Below are positions 41,336-54,074 of a DNA stretch of 64,000 bases, in pieces. The notes under the pieces were generated by a model. The model did no database searches and was not told where the DNA came from. It saw only the letters and a program-made list of their open reading frames with translations. The stretch is taken from the NCBI GenBank assembly GCA_964016885.1, contig OZ024740.1, positions 136,152,001-136,216,000 on the forward strand. The letters run 5' to 3'. The position numbers were made by a program, and so were the translations under genes. The stretch's first letter is position 1. Each line of letters starts with the position of its first letter. Source of the DNA: Eledone cirrhosa. Its lineage: Eukaryota.

Positions 41336-41921
41336 TAACTTTTGCAAACAGCGATCAACCAACCGCCTGTTGCTAACAGCGTGCTCTCGTCACCACATTT
41401 CACGAAATTCACCTCCTATACAAATAATATTAAATCAGTGCCAGAACTTATATAATTTCTGTAAAGCTATTTGAATATTTTATAGGTTTTGCTTCAAGGC
41501 TGTCACTATGCATAATGAAAATCATGTCTCTTCCACCAGTAGTAATATTATCCAAATTAAATCAAAACAGATTTCTTTCATATATTAGACAGCTTTTAAT
41601 ACAGATTTTAATACAGAAATTAAACAGCTATCATGAAACAGGAAGTTAATATATTATTAAACAATTATTAAGTCTCGTTCATCGACATAGGTGAGTTTGT
41701 GATAAATATTTGATTGTGATGAGTTAAATGTAGGATACACAGGATTGAACTGAGTAAAAGGACAAGGCTGATCAAAGCAATTGGGATCTTTGATATGAAT
41801 ATGATTACCAGAGCAACTTTTATGTATAATCATTTATCTACCTTTATATCACAATAGCATCATTGGTTATAAAGCTCCGATGGATCAATCATTGGTTCAC
41901 TACATTTCCGTTGACAATAAT

Positions 41922-42083
41922 TGTTTCTACTTTAGGCACAAGGCCAGCAATTACCCAGTACATTACTGGTACTTTATTTTATCGACCCCGTAAGGATGAA
42001 AGGCAAAGTCAACCTCGGCGGGATTTGAACTCATATCGGAAAGCATTGCATCCGACCCTTTACCGATACTGCCAATCTACCAC
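41922..42083 (-). mobile_element. Major-family SINE with 14-bp TSD
   Basis: ccgttgacaataat at 41908-41921 and 42084-42097. Confidence 0.9.
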
Positions 42084-42199
42084 CCGTTGACAATAATGAT
42101 AATGGAGTGTCAAAGTCGACACTGAACAAATATGCTCGATGCGGAACAAATTAGATCTTTTAGAGGATTCTATTTGGATATCATCTCCTCCATTCTTTT

Positions 42200-42660
42200 A
42201 ACTCTATGTGATTCATAGAGACAAATCTACCGGAAATTTTTTACACGTCAATGGTTCCTCACCCTTGAGGACTTCGCTGAAAACAATGTTGTTGTCATTA
42301 ATATTAATAAAGCCTTCCATTCTGTCTGAGAACTTCTTAGCTACGTTTATTGTCTAAGAATCACATTTGTCTTTGATTTGAAATTCCTGTAAGATTGTAC
42401 CAATGCAATGTGTAGTAACGATGCATTTTCCGATCCATACACTATCTGGTTTACTCTTCTTCTATCACTGCTACAACAGCTTCTGTTCCTCTGAGCTACT
42501 TGTATATCTACCTCCACTTAAGCCCCTGTCAACACGTCCATCTGTTATCAATCCATCGTGTTTCGTTTCCCAGATCTCGCAATAAAATATTTCACTCAAT
42601 TCTTTCTCCTCAGAACACCAAACATCTATCTGAATTTTCTCCCTATTCAATCTCAACATC
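42200..42660 (+). pseudogene. Decayed CR1/Zenon-like LINE 3' fragment
   Basis: LLFFYHCYNSFCSSELL..LPP...TR..PS pattern. Confidence 0.5.
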
Positions 42661-43569
42661 AACTACATCGACCTCTATAGTCTGTGAAGGTGGGAGGCTA
42701 TAAAAATCGAGGTCACAGACGTTCTTCCATTGGCTAATACACACTCGTATATTTCAAATGATTAATTGCAAAATACATTTCATAAATTAATTTCATTTTT
42801 CACTTAATACAATATTTGTTGAGTCAACGGTTGAACCTCTCTACAGTCTTGCCGCCTGCCTCATATAGCAGCCAAATTTACTCAACTCACAAACCACCAA
42901 ATTAAAAAAATAAGGAAAACACTAGACCAATATAGTTCCAGTTAAACAAAAAGATGGTTTAATCATAGGCATGCTCAATCAGAGCTAACCTGGCGATAAA
43001 CATTATATTATCCTGTAAGTTAACACAAGAATCGCGAATTTGTGATATTTTTGCTGGAAACACGTGAATTCTGTAATTGTTGATGGAATAAAATTGTTGT
43101 AGACCAAAATAAAATCAATCTTAATAAGAATAAGTTTGGTTTTATTCAATTTGTAAAATACAACACAATAATGCAGTTCAATTCGCAACAGCGTTCAGTA
43201 TACAAAGTATTCAAATGTTTATATTTACACTCAATTGTATATATTTATACTCAATTGTATCTGTATTTACAAATAGAAAGAGAGAAAAGGGGAAGGAAAT
43301 AAATAAAATGTTTAAAAAGAGATGGATTGATAAAGTCTACACCTAGCGGTTAAGATGGTGAAATCATTGCAGCAGATAACAACTCGATACTCTATACATC
43401 GGCTATTGAACCTCAAATGTGACGCTCTCTTCGAAATTTGGCGATGGAAAATGGCCGTCCAGAGATCGAGGACACTGGAGTTCTGGGTGACAACAGGGAC
43501 AAAAAGGAAACAGTTATTCAATGTCAGGTTTTTCTGGTTATTCTAAGATCAGATAATAACAGTTACACT

Positions 43570-43616
43570 ATGATTCGCTGATGAAGTCTAATATGACTGA
43601 AACATATCCAGAGTTG
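43570..43616 (+). ncRNA. Hammerhead ribozyme motif in a probable PLE 3' remnant
   Basis: CTGATGA-agtc-taatat-gact-GAAA-cata-TC; stems I and III are imperfect. Confidence 0.55.
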
Positions 43617-43734
43617 TTATCGTACTGTCAAAGATCAGATACACTCCTCCACTGCATTCTATTTTTGATTAATTTAAATTACAGTGTTGTCTCCCTTGTC
43701 TTTCTTGGCCACTACAACTCCCTTAGGAGTTACA

Positions 43735-45035
43735 ACACTATGACTGGGTACTGAAACAACTGCTGAACAGCTCACATGTGGGCGTGATATATCTTGACTT
43801 TGCGAAGTCCTTTGACAAGGTCGACCACGGAATGATACGTCACAAACTACCCAGACTCGGCATAACTGGAAAAGTAGTTGAGTGGCTGCATGATTTCTTA
43901 AAAGACAGAAGCTAGACAGTTGCAGTCAATGGGGCCCTCTCAAAGGAAACATCATTAACAAGTGGGGTGCCCTTGCGTACAGTCTTAGGACCACTACTAT
44001 TTTTGGTGGCTCTCTCAGACATGCCCTCTGTAGTACATACAACATCCCTCACAAGCTATGCTGATGACACAAAGGTAGCACAGGCAATCAAAATCTCGGC
44101 TGATGCTGCCCTTTTACAACAAGATCTGGATGCCATATACAAATGGGCTGGAAACAACAACATGCAGTTTAATGCTGGAAAATTTCAAGCCCTACACTAC
44201 CAATCTGCTAACACAAAGACAGTACAATATAGCTACACCGGACCAGGAGGGATCGAAATCCCCGTGTCGAAATCAATTCGAGACCTGGGGATAGACATGA
44301 GCGACGATGCATCTTTTTCTTCACACATCATGAGGGTGGTGACAATGTGCAGACAACCTCCTGGCTGGATCTTGAGGACTTTCCGGACAAGAAACCGAGA
44401 GACCATGTTGATACTATGGAGGACATTTGTCCTAAGCCGACTACTCCCAACTGTGGTCACCCCATAGTATCAAACTAACCACGGAGCTTGAGGCAATCCA
44501 ACGAAGCTACACCAAGAGGATTGCCACAATGAAGGAGATGAGCTACTGAGAGACGCTAAAAGAACTGAAACTCTACTCCTTGGAATGAAGGCGGGAAAAG
44601 TACGCAGTGATATACATATGGAAAATCCTGGAGGAACTAGCACCAAACTTTAGCATTGAGAGCTGGACCAACCCCCGAATAGGACGTCACTGTGTGGTGC
44701 CAAAGGTCCCGTCTGCCATGTCTAGAATAAGGAGCAGATATTGCAATAGCCTAGGGTTCAAAGGCCCTCAACTCTTCAACAGGCTGCCAAGAAATTTGAG
44801 GGATCTGCATGGTGTGGACGTGGATGTTTTCAAGAAACATCTTGATACTCTGCTATCCAGGATCTCGGATGAGCCCACAGCACGGTACGAAGGTAACCTA
44901 AGGGTAGCAGCAACGAACTCCCTCTTATACCAATGGCCAGCCAACACGGGCTGGAGATAGAAGTGTATCAACAAGGGCCGTGCCCGAGCATGGCCTCAGC
45001 CGGATGGCTGGAACAGGTAAAAAAGTAAAAGAGTA
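43735..45035 (+). pseudogene. CR1-clade LINE, 5'-truncated RT to 3' end
   Basis: VIYLDFAKSFDKVDHG, SGVP..TVLGPLLFL, YADDTKV, NNMQFNAGKFQ, RDLGI, GWILRTF, IYIWKILE and GPQLFNRLP, with stops and frameshifts. Confidence 0.9.
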
Positions 45036-45084
45036 TATAAATGTATATATGTGTGGGGGGGGGCGTGTGTGTGTGTCCAAGGAG

Positions 45085-45691
45085 TGTAACGTGAAGTTAC
45101 TGTAGGTTCACCCAGGTGAGCACTCGATGTTTAGGTTCACGTCAGTCTTGAGGTGTAGAGTTAGACAGAGTGTAATGTAATAATACAAGGACGATTTGTT
45201 AAGCCTTCGTTACGTTTATTGATTGGTGACGCGCGATTCGCTATTGATCAGCTTGAGGTTCGATCTAGCCCGACTCTGGAACCAAAAGCTCGTCGGACCT
45301 CTGTTGTAGTAATGACAGAGGTCCGACGAGCTTTTGATTCCAGAGTCGGGCCAGATCCATACAGGACTCTAGGGTCACAGAAGAATGGGAAGAGGGGAGT
45401 GATGGGCTCTAGACATAGGGCGCGGCGGTGTTGGGGCTGCGCCCCGCCGATATGTCTGCAAAAGCATTTTCGTGGACAATGGCTGTGACACCCTCTGCAA
45501 CAGCGACCCCACCTTCTTCAGATGGGCTGCTGATGTTCCGATCTTGCGGAGGAGCTCGGCAATGCGGGGTCCGAGTACGTCTGAGGTCTTGACGGCAGCC
45601 GTTGCGGAGAAGCAGCAGCTAAAGTGGCTCTTTATACTCATAGTCGCTTAACGCTCTTGAAATCGAAATAAGCTCTGGAGTTCGTGCGACA
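45085..45691 (-). mobile_element. Solo-LTR-like element, possibly composite
   Basis: TGT...ACA ends; TATAAA (about 45632) upstream of AATAAA (about 45215) on the minus strand; no matching TSD found. Confidence 0.45.
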
Positions 45692-46189
45692 CGTAAAAAC
45701 ATTGGTGGGGTAGGAGGGGGGACAAACAATTAACAATACATTTTTGACCGGAGGTAAATAATATAAAACTAAACTAATGTGTTAATATTAAATGAAATAT
45801 AGCGAAATGTAGCATAAATTTTAAATAAATTTACATTAGTTCAATAATTGATGGCAGACTCAGGTGGCTTCTTTAAAAAAAAACAAAAAGCTCGTAAACT
45901 GTGAGTAAAAAAAATATCTACCAGTAGAGGTTGAACAACAATATCACATCTTTCCATCAATTGTTCCTACACGCTTCACTAACTTGGTAAGGTTGATACA
46001 AAGTGTGACATCATTAGAAGGGCATCGTATATGTATTAGGCTGTGTGTGCATGTGTGTTTATGTTAAGTATTGTGTGTTTAGTCTATTTTCTATACATAT
46101 TTCTTCATAATCCTTCATTTGCCATATGGAAATGTTTATATTTTTATGATTTAATTAGGTCCCATATCATCTAAAACAGCAGGAAAAAT

Positions 46190-46620
46190 ACTTATTTTAT
46201 TACCTCAATGGGTACTTTACCGGGTCCACGATGAGCATTCACCAGCTGGATATAGTGAACATAGATCCCATTGAATGTGTGACGTCCGAATGAGTTTCCT
46301 GCACCTCCAGCAAGCTTAGCCCCCACCCTACTCCGTCTATTAATCCCGGCCGACAGGATGGAGACATTGCCCCGGAGGACGATGAGGGAGACGCGCTGGA
46401 ACAGCCATTCCACCGCTTGGGGCGCACATCTGCGACTAACCAATTCCACTCGGATAGCAATGAGCAGGGATGTGGTCCGGGGACTAAGAACACCGGAGGA
46501 AGTCTCCACTGCTACAGGCTCTACCACAAAACTATCAGAGAGCGGCCGATACTTGGACAGTTTGTCGTCTTCGGCATGGCTGAGCCTGGTTCGTTTGCCG
46601 AACGAACCTGGTTGCCATTA
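46190..46620 (-). pseudogene. CRE-like non-LTR retrotransposon 3' end (REL endonuclease C-terminus)
   Basis: KYRPLSDSFVVEPVAVETSSGVLSP...EWLFQRVSLIVLRGN.SILSAG. Confidence 0.7.
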
Positions 46621-46850
46621 AAGATAGCTGTAAAAACAATTCTCGTAACTTCTCACTTTCTGTTAAGTAGCCATTTGTAAACATGCTGTGGCTTAGAGAA
46701 CTTTTGGTCAGATATGAGATATATTATTTTTCCCCAAAAGTTTAATTTAAGCATAAAATCGACATGGCTCCTTACCTAATGGTGGATTGCATCATTATTG
46801 TACAACTGTATATATATATATATACAACTGTATATATATATATATATATA

Positions 46851-47293
46851 TGAGAGGGATGGACACAGATATAAGTATACATGTGTTTCAATTGCAAATG
46901 ACCAAGTTAGCTAGGTTGAAAAAATACTAATTTAAAACAATATCGTTTGCCGGACTCGATTTAAAGTAATAAATCAATAAAAATAACAAATCTGTATCGG
47001 GCAATAGCCTTTGATACCCGGACAGACCTAAATCTGTTCGCAAGAATTATTAAGTGAAAGCCAGAATTCCTGTGCTCTTCTGCAGGTATCCAGGAAAATT
47101 CGTACCTTTCACTTCTTTTAAATTAGTATTTTTTCAACCTAGCTAACTTGATCATTTGCAATTGGAACACATGTATATTTATATCTGTGTTCATCCCTCT
47201 CATATATCCAATTATATTACACGGCTCGGAAAGATTCCCTTCTTTGAGCTATTTAATTGTAAAAGACTATTTTGAGTTTCTAACTCATTCTAT
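46851..47293. mobile_element. Inverted-repeat-plus-tail module between (TA)n tracts
   Basis: Arms of about 84 bp at 46851-46934 and 47119-47202; the tail is similar to 53129-53208. Confidence 0.75.
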
Positions 47294-47294
47294 G

Positions 47295-47325
<31 letters not shown>

Positions 47326-47339
47326 TAATAAAAATAATG

Positions 47340-47955
47340 AATAAAAACAAAGAAACAGTTCTTTATATTAAAAAATTAATAATTTTACGATCGTTTCTAG
47401 GATATATATGTGTGTGTTGGTATGTATATCATATAGATCTATGTAAACATTTTACAAACTATCAGAGGGAATATACATACCTACACATATATATGCTGTC
47501 TTCAGAAATAATGATATTTGTTTATTGAAAAAACCCAACAAAGATTTAATATAATAGGTCTGTTTGGGAACAGGTTTTGGTCAATTCAAAACCTGTTCCC
47601 AAACAGACCTATTATATTAAATCTTTGTTGGGTTTTTTTCAATAAACAAATATCATTATTTCTGAAGACAGCATATATATGTGTAGGTATGTATATTCCC
47701 TCTGATAGTTTGTAAAATGTTTACATAGATCTATATGATATACATACCAACACACACATATATATCCTAGAAACGATCGTAAAATTATTAATTTTTTAAT
47801 ATAAGGAACTGTTTCTTTGTTTTTATTAATTTATCTTGACTCTGTTTTCCTGTGATTTTCATCGAAAAAATTTTTGTATACATCTCTTTTCATGATATTT
47901 GGATTACATTGAGTTCTTCATACGGATTGGACACTACCGTATATTTTGGTAGATT
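47340..47955. mobile_element. Near-perfect palindrome (about 240-bp arms) plus tail; inverted PLE pseudo-LTRs
   Basis: Arms at 47340-47579 and 47587-47827 with loop gtcaatt; each arm contains a hammerhead motif; (TA)n on both sides. Confidence 0.85.
47655..47788 (+). ncRNA. Hammerhead ribozyme motif with a long stem II (mirror copy on the minus strand at about 47380-47512)
   Basis: attt-CTGAAGA-[atatatatgtgt.ggtatgtatat...atatacatacc..acacatatatat]-GAAA-cgatcg-TA-aaat. Confidence 0.7.
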
Positions 47956-47999
<44 letters not shown>

Positions 48000-50003
48000 A
48001 TATATATATATATATATATATAAAGAGAGAGAGGGGTGAGCATTTTATGAATAGCATATCCAGTTCACAGCATGTCTACTAGAATAGATGTAATACGCTG
48101 GAATAACCATCGTAAGATTATATATTATTCAATGGTATTCTGGGAATCTACGGTAAATAGTTATCTTGTTGGTGAGCATACGTCGAACCACAAACCACAG
48201 AATAGCGTTATACTTCAGCTGCTATATCTGCAGCATTTAATATATTACTTGGTAGACGCTTTAAACAGTGGTTATGGTATTGGACTTGTGATGGTCACAT
48301 TGTGGGTTCGATTCTTGGATTTATACCGAAATTATCGCTGCTACGAAATGTTGGCTAAAATAACAATAACATCATCACCGTAAATAGCTATCATTAAAGT
48401 CCATCTAAAATTCAGTTTCGTTCTCTTATCTCTCTTCCTTTCAATCTGCTCGTCTTTGTGACAGTTGACAGCTGGCGTTCGGTTGTAGCAGTCGCTGGTC
48501 ATTAAGAACCTGCTGCAGCCGGGCCAGAATACTCGGGTCAATAAATCTGTCGTGCACAATGCAATATCTCCACATTCATACATTCACTCACAAATTCCAA
48601 CATTTCATCTCAAAGTACTCTTATCTGTGAACACTAAATGTAGCAACCTGTTACGAAACGTTCACTGTTATATCAAAATCTTTTATGTATTCTAGTTGTA
48701 TTATATTTTGCTACATGGTGTCATCGTATACAATAGTACAAATAAAAATATACAAATTTTGTTTTCCTTGCTGGTCTATTTCAATTCATTGTGGTCCTCA
48801 TCGTTTTTCAACCACACCAATCAACACGTCAACGCATTACATCTCAATGGCCAACTTCAACGATCGACAACTCAACAACCACCATGAACACTACAATAAC
48901 AAACCACATATCTGCTAAAATGGTAACTATCAAGATCTCAAAAAATTCCTGTTAAAGACCGGATGGCTGAGGATTAACCCCGCAATGAACAGGTGCGAGT
49001 GATGTACTGTCAGTCGCTTAAGCACTGGCCTGATGAACCAAGCTTGGGGCATAGTTTTTTTTTTAAGAAAGAAATATAACGTGAAAACAAAATGATACAG
49101 TAGTGTATGTGTGCGCATGTTTTTGTGTGTATATGTGTGTGTAATGGTGTCATTTCCTGTAACTTACTTCCACTTTTTCACTATCGTAGAATAAGATTTA
49201 ACCGATATAATTTTTACTCACTCCAACAAAGCGGTAATTGCTGCCGGAAGAAGGGTTTCATCGAACTTATTGACCTAATGCAGTAAGAATTACTGATACT
49301 TGATCCATTGAAAAAAGTGTAAATGTCTAAGTGTTATATTATTTCATCTTAATAATATTTCCTATTGAAATAGTCACTGATATTATATCTTACTGAAGAG
49401 TCATTAAATAATTATCTCCAGTTAAGTTTTATCATTTTTAGTAAACAGTAATTTTTAGTTTCCTTATTCGTGAAAGAAGTTCATTGTTTAATTTATCACA
49501 TTATTTTGTCATTCCGTTAACATATATTACGTGTTGATGAAACTCATGCAATATGCTCACATAGGGCGGTGAATTGGCAGAGTCGTTAGAACGTCGGATA
49601 GAATGCTTTATGGTATTTATTCTGGCTTTCAGTTCTCTGGGTTCATATCCCACCGAGGTCAACTTTGCCTTTCATCCTTTTAAAGTCGATTAAAAAGTAT
49701 CAGCCGACTACTGAGGGTCGATTCTTCCTCTAAATCTTTCTCACCTTCTTTCACTCTCTGAAAGAAATTTATTGTATTCAGACCTGGAGAGGAAATGGGC
49801 TCCACCAAGTTTAAAGGTGTCCTAAAAAAACACAGTATGTCAATATGGCGCCTCTACAACTCATTCATAAGTTATGGGTCCACACATATATATATATATT
49901 CCAAAAGATGTCAACATGGATGGACCTGTTATTTTTTTATCTAAAGACATTTTTTTTCCAATTCCGCCGCGCCCGTCCCTACAATCTATCTTATTTCGCA
50001 TTC

Positions 50004-50042
50004 TTTCTTCTGATGAAGGACTAGCGTCCGAAACGTTAAGAC
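50004..50042 (+). ncRNA. Minimal type I hammerhead ribozyme
   Basis: tctt-CTGATGA-a-ggac-tagc-gtcc-GAAA-cg-TT-aaga. Confidence 0.8.
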
Positions 50043-50134
50043 CCTCTTCCTGCTATTTCAAGCGTTAACCTAATATATCTTTCCATATACTGTACCGATT
50101 GTGTTATTTCTGTTTATTTCGGTTTTTATAAAAA

Positions 50135-52423
50135 ATCTTCAGTAATCATCAACATCGGAAAAAGAAAAACTCCAGAGGAAACATACCCAAAACAATTGAA
50201 CACGTTGAACCTAAAATAATTAATTTATCCAAAAGAGATCTTGACAATGATGAAATGCAAATTCTGTCAAAAGGACTGAAATTCACACCGACTCCAACAG
50301 TCAACCACCAAGAACTAAAGGAGGATACTCAAGAATTCTGTCATAAATTACGACTTGTAGAATTCTTCGCCGATAAAAGTAATGAGAGTGATGAATCACT
50401 AGTAAAGAATAAATCAAATTTCACTCCGCCAAAAGGAAGAAATATCTATCTCGACCAATACATTGATATCCTGTCTAAATTTCCTCTTAGACGTAATACT
50501 AATGTTAGGCCAAACATTAACAAATCGGAAATGTCTGCACTTAAACGTATACAAAATGATAAAACAATAATAATTAAACAAGCAGATAAAGAGGGTGCAA
50601 TTGTTATAATGGATGCTGAATACTACAAAGATTTGGTTGAGGAACAACTGAAAGACACAACATTCTACCATGAAATACTGTCAAATATAGACCACAACAT
50701 CATGAAGAAGATCAACAACCTGGCTTCAAAATACTACAACTCACTTATTGATAATGAAAGAGACTACATCACCAATTTTTAGCCAAAACCCAGCAACTTT
50801 TATGGCTTACCGAAAATTCATAAGTCAAAAGAAATCCAACTGGCAGTAAAAGAACAAAAAGGTGAGTACATTAAATTACTACACCCAAAAGACTTAAAAC
50901 TTAGACCTATTATAGCTGGTCCAACATGCCCTTCCCATCGTCTAAGCAATTTTGTTGACATTATTTTGAAAACACTATGTATTCACATACCCAGTTTCAT
51001 CCGGGATGATATCGACTTCCTGTCCCATCTTCCCAAAATCACGGAAACGAATTCACTTCTACTTAGTTTTGATGTGGTAAGCCTTTACACCAACATTACA
51101 CATGATTTAGGAATAAAAGCGGTTAAATAGTGGGTGGAAAAACATAGAGAAGTGATTCCCACCAGATTCACAGTGCCATTTATATTAGACGCAATCAGAC
51201 TTATTCTGGAAAACAACACGTTCTTCTTCAATGGAAAGAGTTACATCCAAATTAGAGGCACAGCGATGGGAACGAAGTTTGCTCCCGTTTACGCGAACTC
51301 TGTAATGAGATATTTAGAACAACAATTCTACCAAGAAATAGAGGAAAAATATAGCACTGAATTTAGAAAGTACATTGAAAAGTCTTGGAAGAGATACCTT
51401 GACGACTGTTTCATCATCTGGACAGAATCTCTAGATACTCTGGATGAGTTCAATATCCTCCTGAATAACCTACACCCATCTCTCCATTTTACAAAAGAGA
51501 TGAGTAGTACCAAATTACCATTCCTAGATATAATGGTAATCAAAAACGACACCACCATTACCACGGATATATACTATAAACACACAGATACCCATCAATA
51601 TCTGAATTTTAAGTCGTGCCATCCACCTCATACAAAACACAACATCCCATACTGCCTAGCCAGAAGAATTTGTACCATTGTAGAAGATACGAATACCAGG
51701 AACAAACGCCTAACAGAACTGAGATAATTTTTGCTCAAACAAAAATACCCATCTCTAGAAAATGGCATACAGCGGGCTATAAAAATACCTATACAAACAA
51801 CTTAGGACAACCCAAGGAAGAAGAAACCAAGAACTGATCATACCATTTATAATGACACACAATCCATGTCACCAGAATATCTTCAACACTGCCAAAGCAA
51901 ACCTACCGATCATTGCTCAAAGTAATGAATTAAAAATCACAGACCGATCTTTGACTCTTAGTAAAAGACAGCCGAAAAATTTGAAGCAATTACTAACAAA
52001 GGCAAAGTTTGACCTTAACAAACAAAGACCAACCATTCACTGTATCTAAATGCAATGATAGTTGATGTGGCACATGTCAGTTCATACATACTGGTCAATA
52101 TATGAACACAAAAACAGGAAAAATATTCCCAAATGAACTGCAAAAGAAGAAATCTAATTTACTGCATTAAATGCCCGAATTGTGAAGAACTATATGTCGG
52201 TCAAACTGGAAATGCACTATCGGAACGTGCACGGGTGCACCGACAGAAAATCAGAGACCCAAATGTCCGTCAGATACCCCTGAGTAACCATCTAGCAACA
52301 TGTGGTCAGAAAATATTTATAATATTTCCATTCTACAAACTACACAGCCCAAGTGAAAGCGAGAGAAAAATTAAAGAAAAGAATTTTATTGATAAATTCC
52401 AACCCAAGCTAAATGAACAATAA
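50135..52423 (+). pseudogene. PLE RT + GIY-YIG pseudogene
   Basis: LSKGLKFTPTP, IIIKQADKEG, FYGLPKIHK, LRPIIAG, FDVVSLYTNI, GTAMGTKFAP, WKRYLDDCF, LPFLDI, SCHP and NLIYCIKCPNCEELYVGQTG, with several stops and frameshifts. Confidence 0.92.
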
Positions 52424-52825
52424 TTGTGCTTAGGGGTATTACTTCTACTATGACTACGCCTACGACCATGTCGACTACCACCACTAACAGCAACAACAAT
52501 AATAATAATAAAAGTGATGTTGATGGTGATGATTACTGAAGATTTTTTATAAAAACCCTAGAAAACGCTATTTTCATCATTTCTAAAAGTAGCAAAACAA
52601 TTGATGCTTTGGATAGGGTCAAATAGAAGTCGTTAAACATGCTCAACCAACCGTGACGCCTAAACCAATCAGCTTTAGTAATCTAGTGAAACCACACACC
52701 AATTGGTCGAAATACAGTTTGCAAAACTTAGCATTCTATAGCCCCTTTTTACTGTATATAAGGCACAAATTTTAGCCATCTCATTACAGTTGAAAATTGC
52801 AAACTTGACTGTCACCACTGAATAT

Positions 52826-52862
52826 GAACCTGAAGATTGCGAAAGCATGAAAGTACTTGTTC
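52826..52862 (+). ncRNA. Minimal hammerhead ribozyme motif in a second pLTR-like segment
   Basis: gaac-CTGAAGA-t-tgc-gaaa-gca-t-GAAA-gtac-TT-gttc; all three stems pair. Confidence 0.7.
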
Positions 52863-53070
52863 AATTAACATTTAACATTTAATATTCTACCATAATATTT
52901 CATTATAATATCATTATAATTTTAAAGGATTGTAAATAAAACGAGTAAATCAGACAAAGTTGGAATTCCTTTTATTAATATAATCTTCTATACACAATCA
53001 TACACACCCGTGTATATTTATTTATTTACATATATATATATATATATATATGAGCAAAAATATATATGTT

Positions 53071-53594
53071 AATATAAAAGAAAATTGAACACAGATATAT
53101 AGATATGTGTTCAATTTTCTTTTATATTCTATTATAATATACGGCTCAGAAATATCTCTTTCTTAGACCTATTTTGTTGTAAGAGACTATTTGGGGTTCC
53201 TAACTCAATATATACATTTAATATGTTAATATATATGTTAATGAGCAAAAATAGACCTAAAAATGAAAGAGATTATTGTGCATAATAAATACATATCGTT
53301 AGTTCTTAATTTTAAATGGATCAGTTAATAATATTAATACATTGCATTTCTGACAGCACGACTGGCAGCAGAGAGTGTCTTTGACTCGGGAGAGAACAGA
53401 TGTTGCAAGGGACTCCATTCGAAAAGGAAAGAAATATAATAACTGCAGTATTTATTATACATACACACACAATAATCTCTTTCATTTTTAGGTCTATTTT
53501 TGCTCATTAACCAACGAATGAAAACTTTGGGAGGTTTGAGTCAATTTTGTTCTGTTGATCAACAAACGAAAATAAACCCCAAAGTAAAGGAACT
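53071..53594. mobile_element. Two adjacent inverted-repeat-plus-tail modules
   Basis: Hairpin at 53071-53128 with a tail to 53208; 44-bp arms at 53237-53280 and 53468-53511 with a tail to about 53594. Confidence 0.75.
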
Positions 53595-54074
53595 CTGTGT
53601 GTGTGTGTCGCCATTGGTTACAGATTTCCAACAGGACAATCACTAGTTCACAGCATAATTAAACTGAAAACTTACTTATAAATAACATTGTTACATTCCA
53701 CTGACTTTCTTAATTAATAACTTACTGTTTATGTGCAACTTCTTAAATAGAGTTTTATAGAGAATTTAGAGTTGACAAACTACTTTTGTGACATAGATTA
53801 TAGAAAGTAAGTAAATAAATAAAAATAATAATAATGTATGAAGACATGATTTTATTTACACATCAATCAAGGATGATAAAACAAGTAGCTTATTTCATGA
53901 AACTAAACAATCAAGTTCTGTTACAAACTACATGAGCTAATATGTACAAACGTTTATCTGTTTCTCTTGAAACGTCACCATTTCTCAATGAATCTTCACA
54001 AAATTTGACACAGAGTTTCAAATCCATCCCAGAACAACCTATAAACAAAACAATTCAAAATCCAAGCAACCTAT

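Larger units (their letters stand above)
49900..52556 (+). mobile_element. Penelope-like retroelement, Neptune-type, decayed
   Basis: Upstream pLTR with a hammerhead, then an RT+GIY-YIG pseudogene. Confidence 0.85.

Noticed and set aside
49000-49055. Hammerhead or C/D snoRNA at ctgatgaaccaagcttgg
   Set aside because: No GAAA follows the stem, and there is no convincing box C/D pair with a terminal stem.
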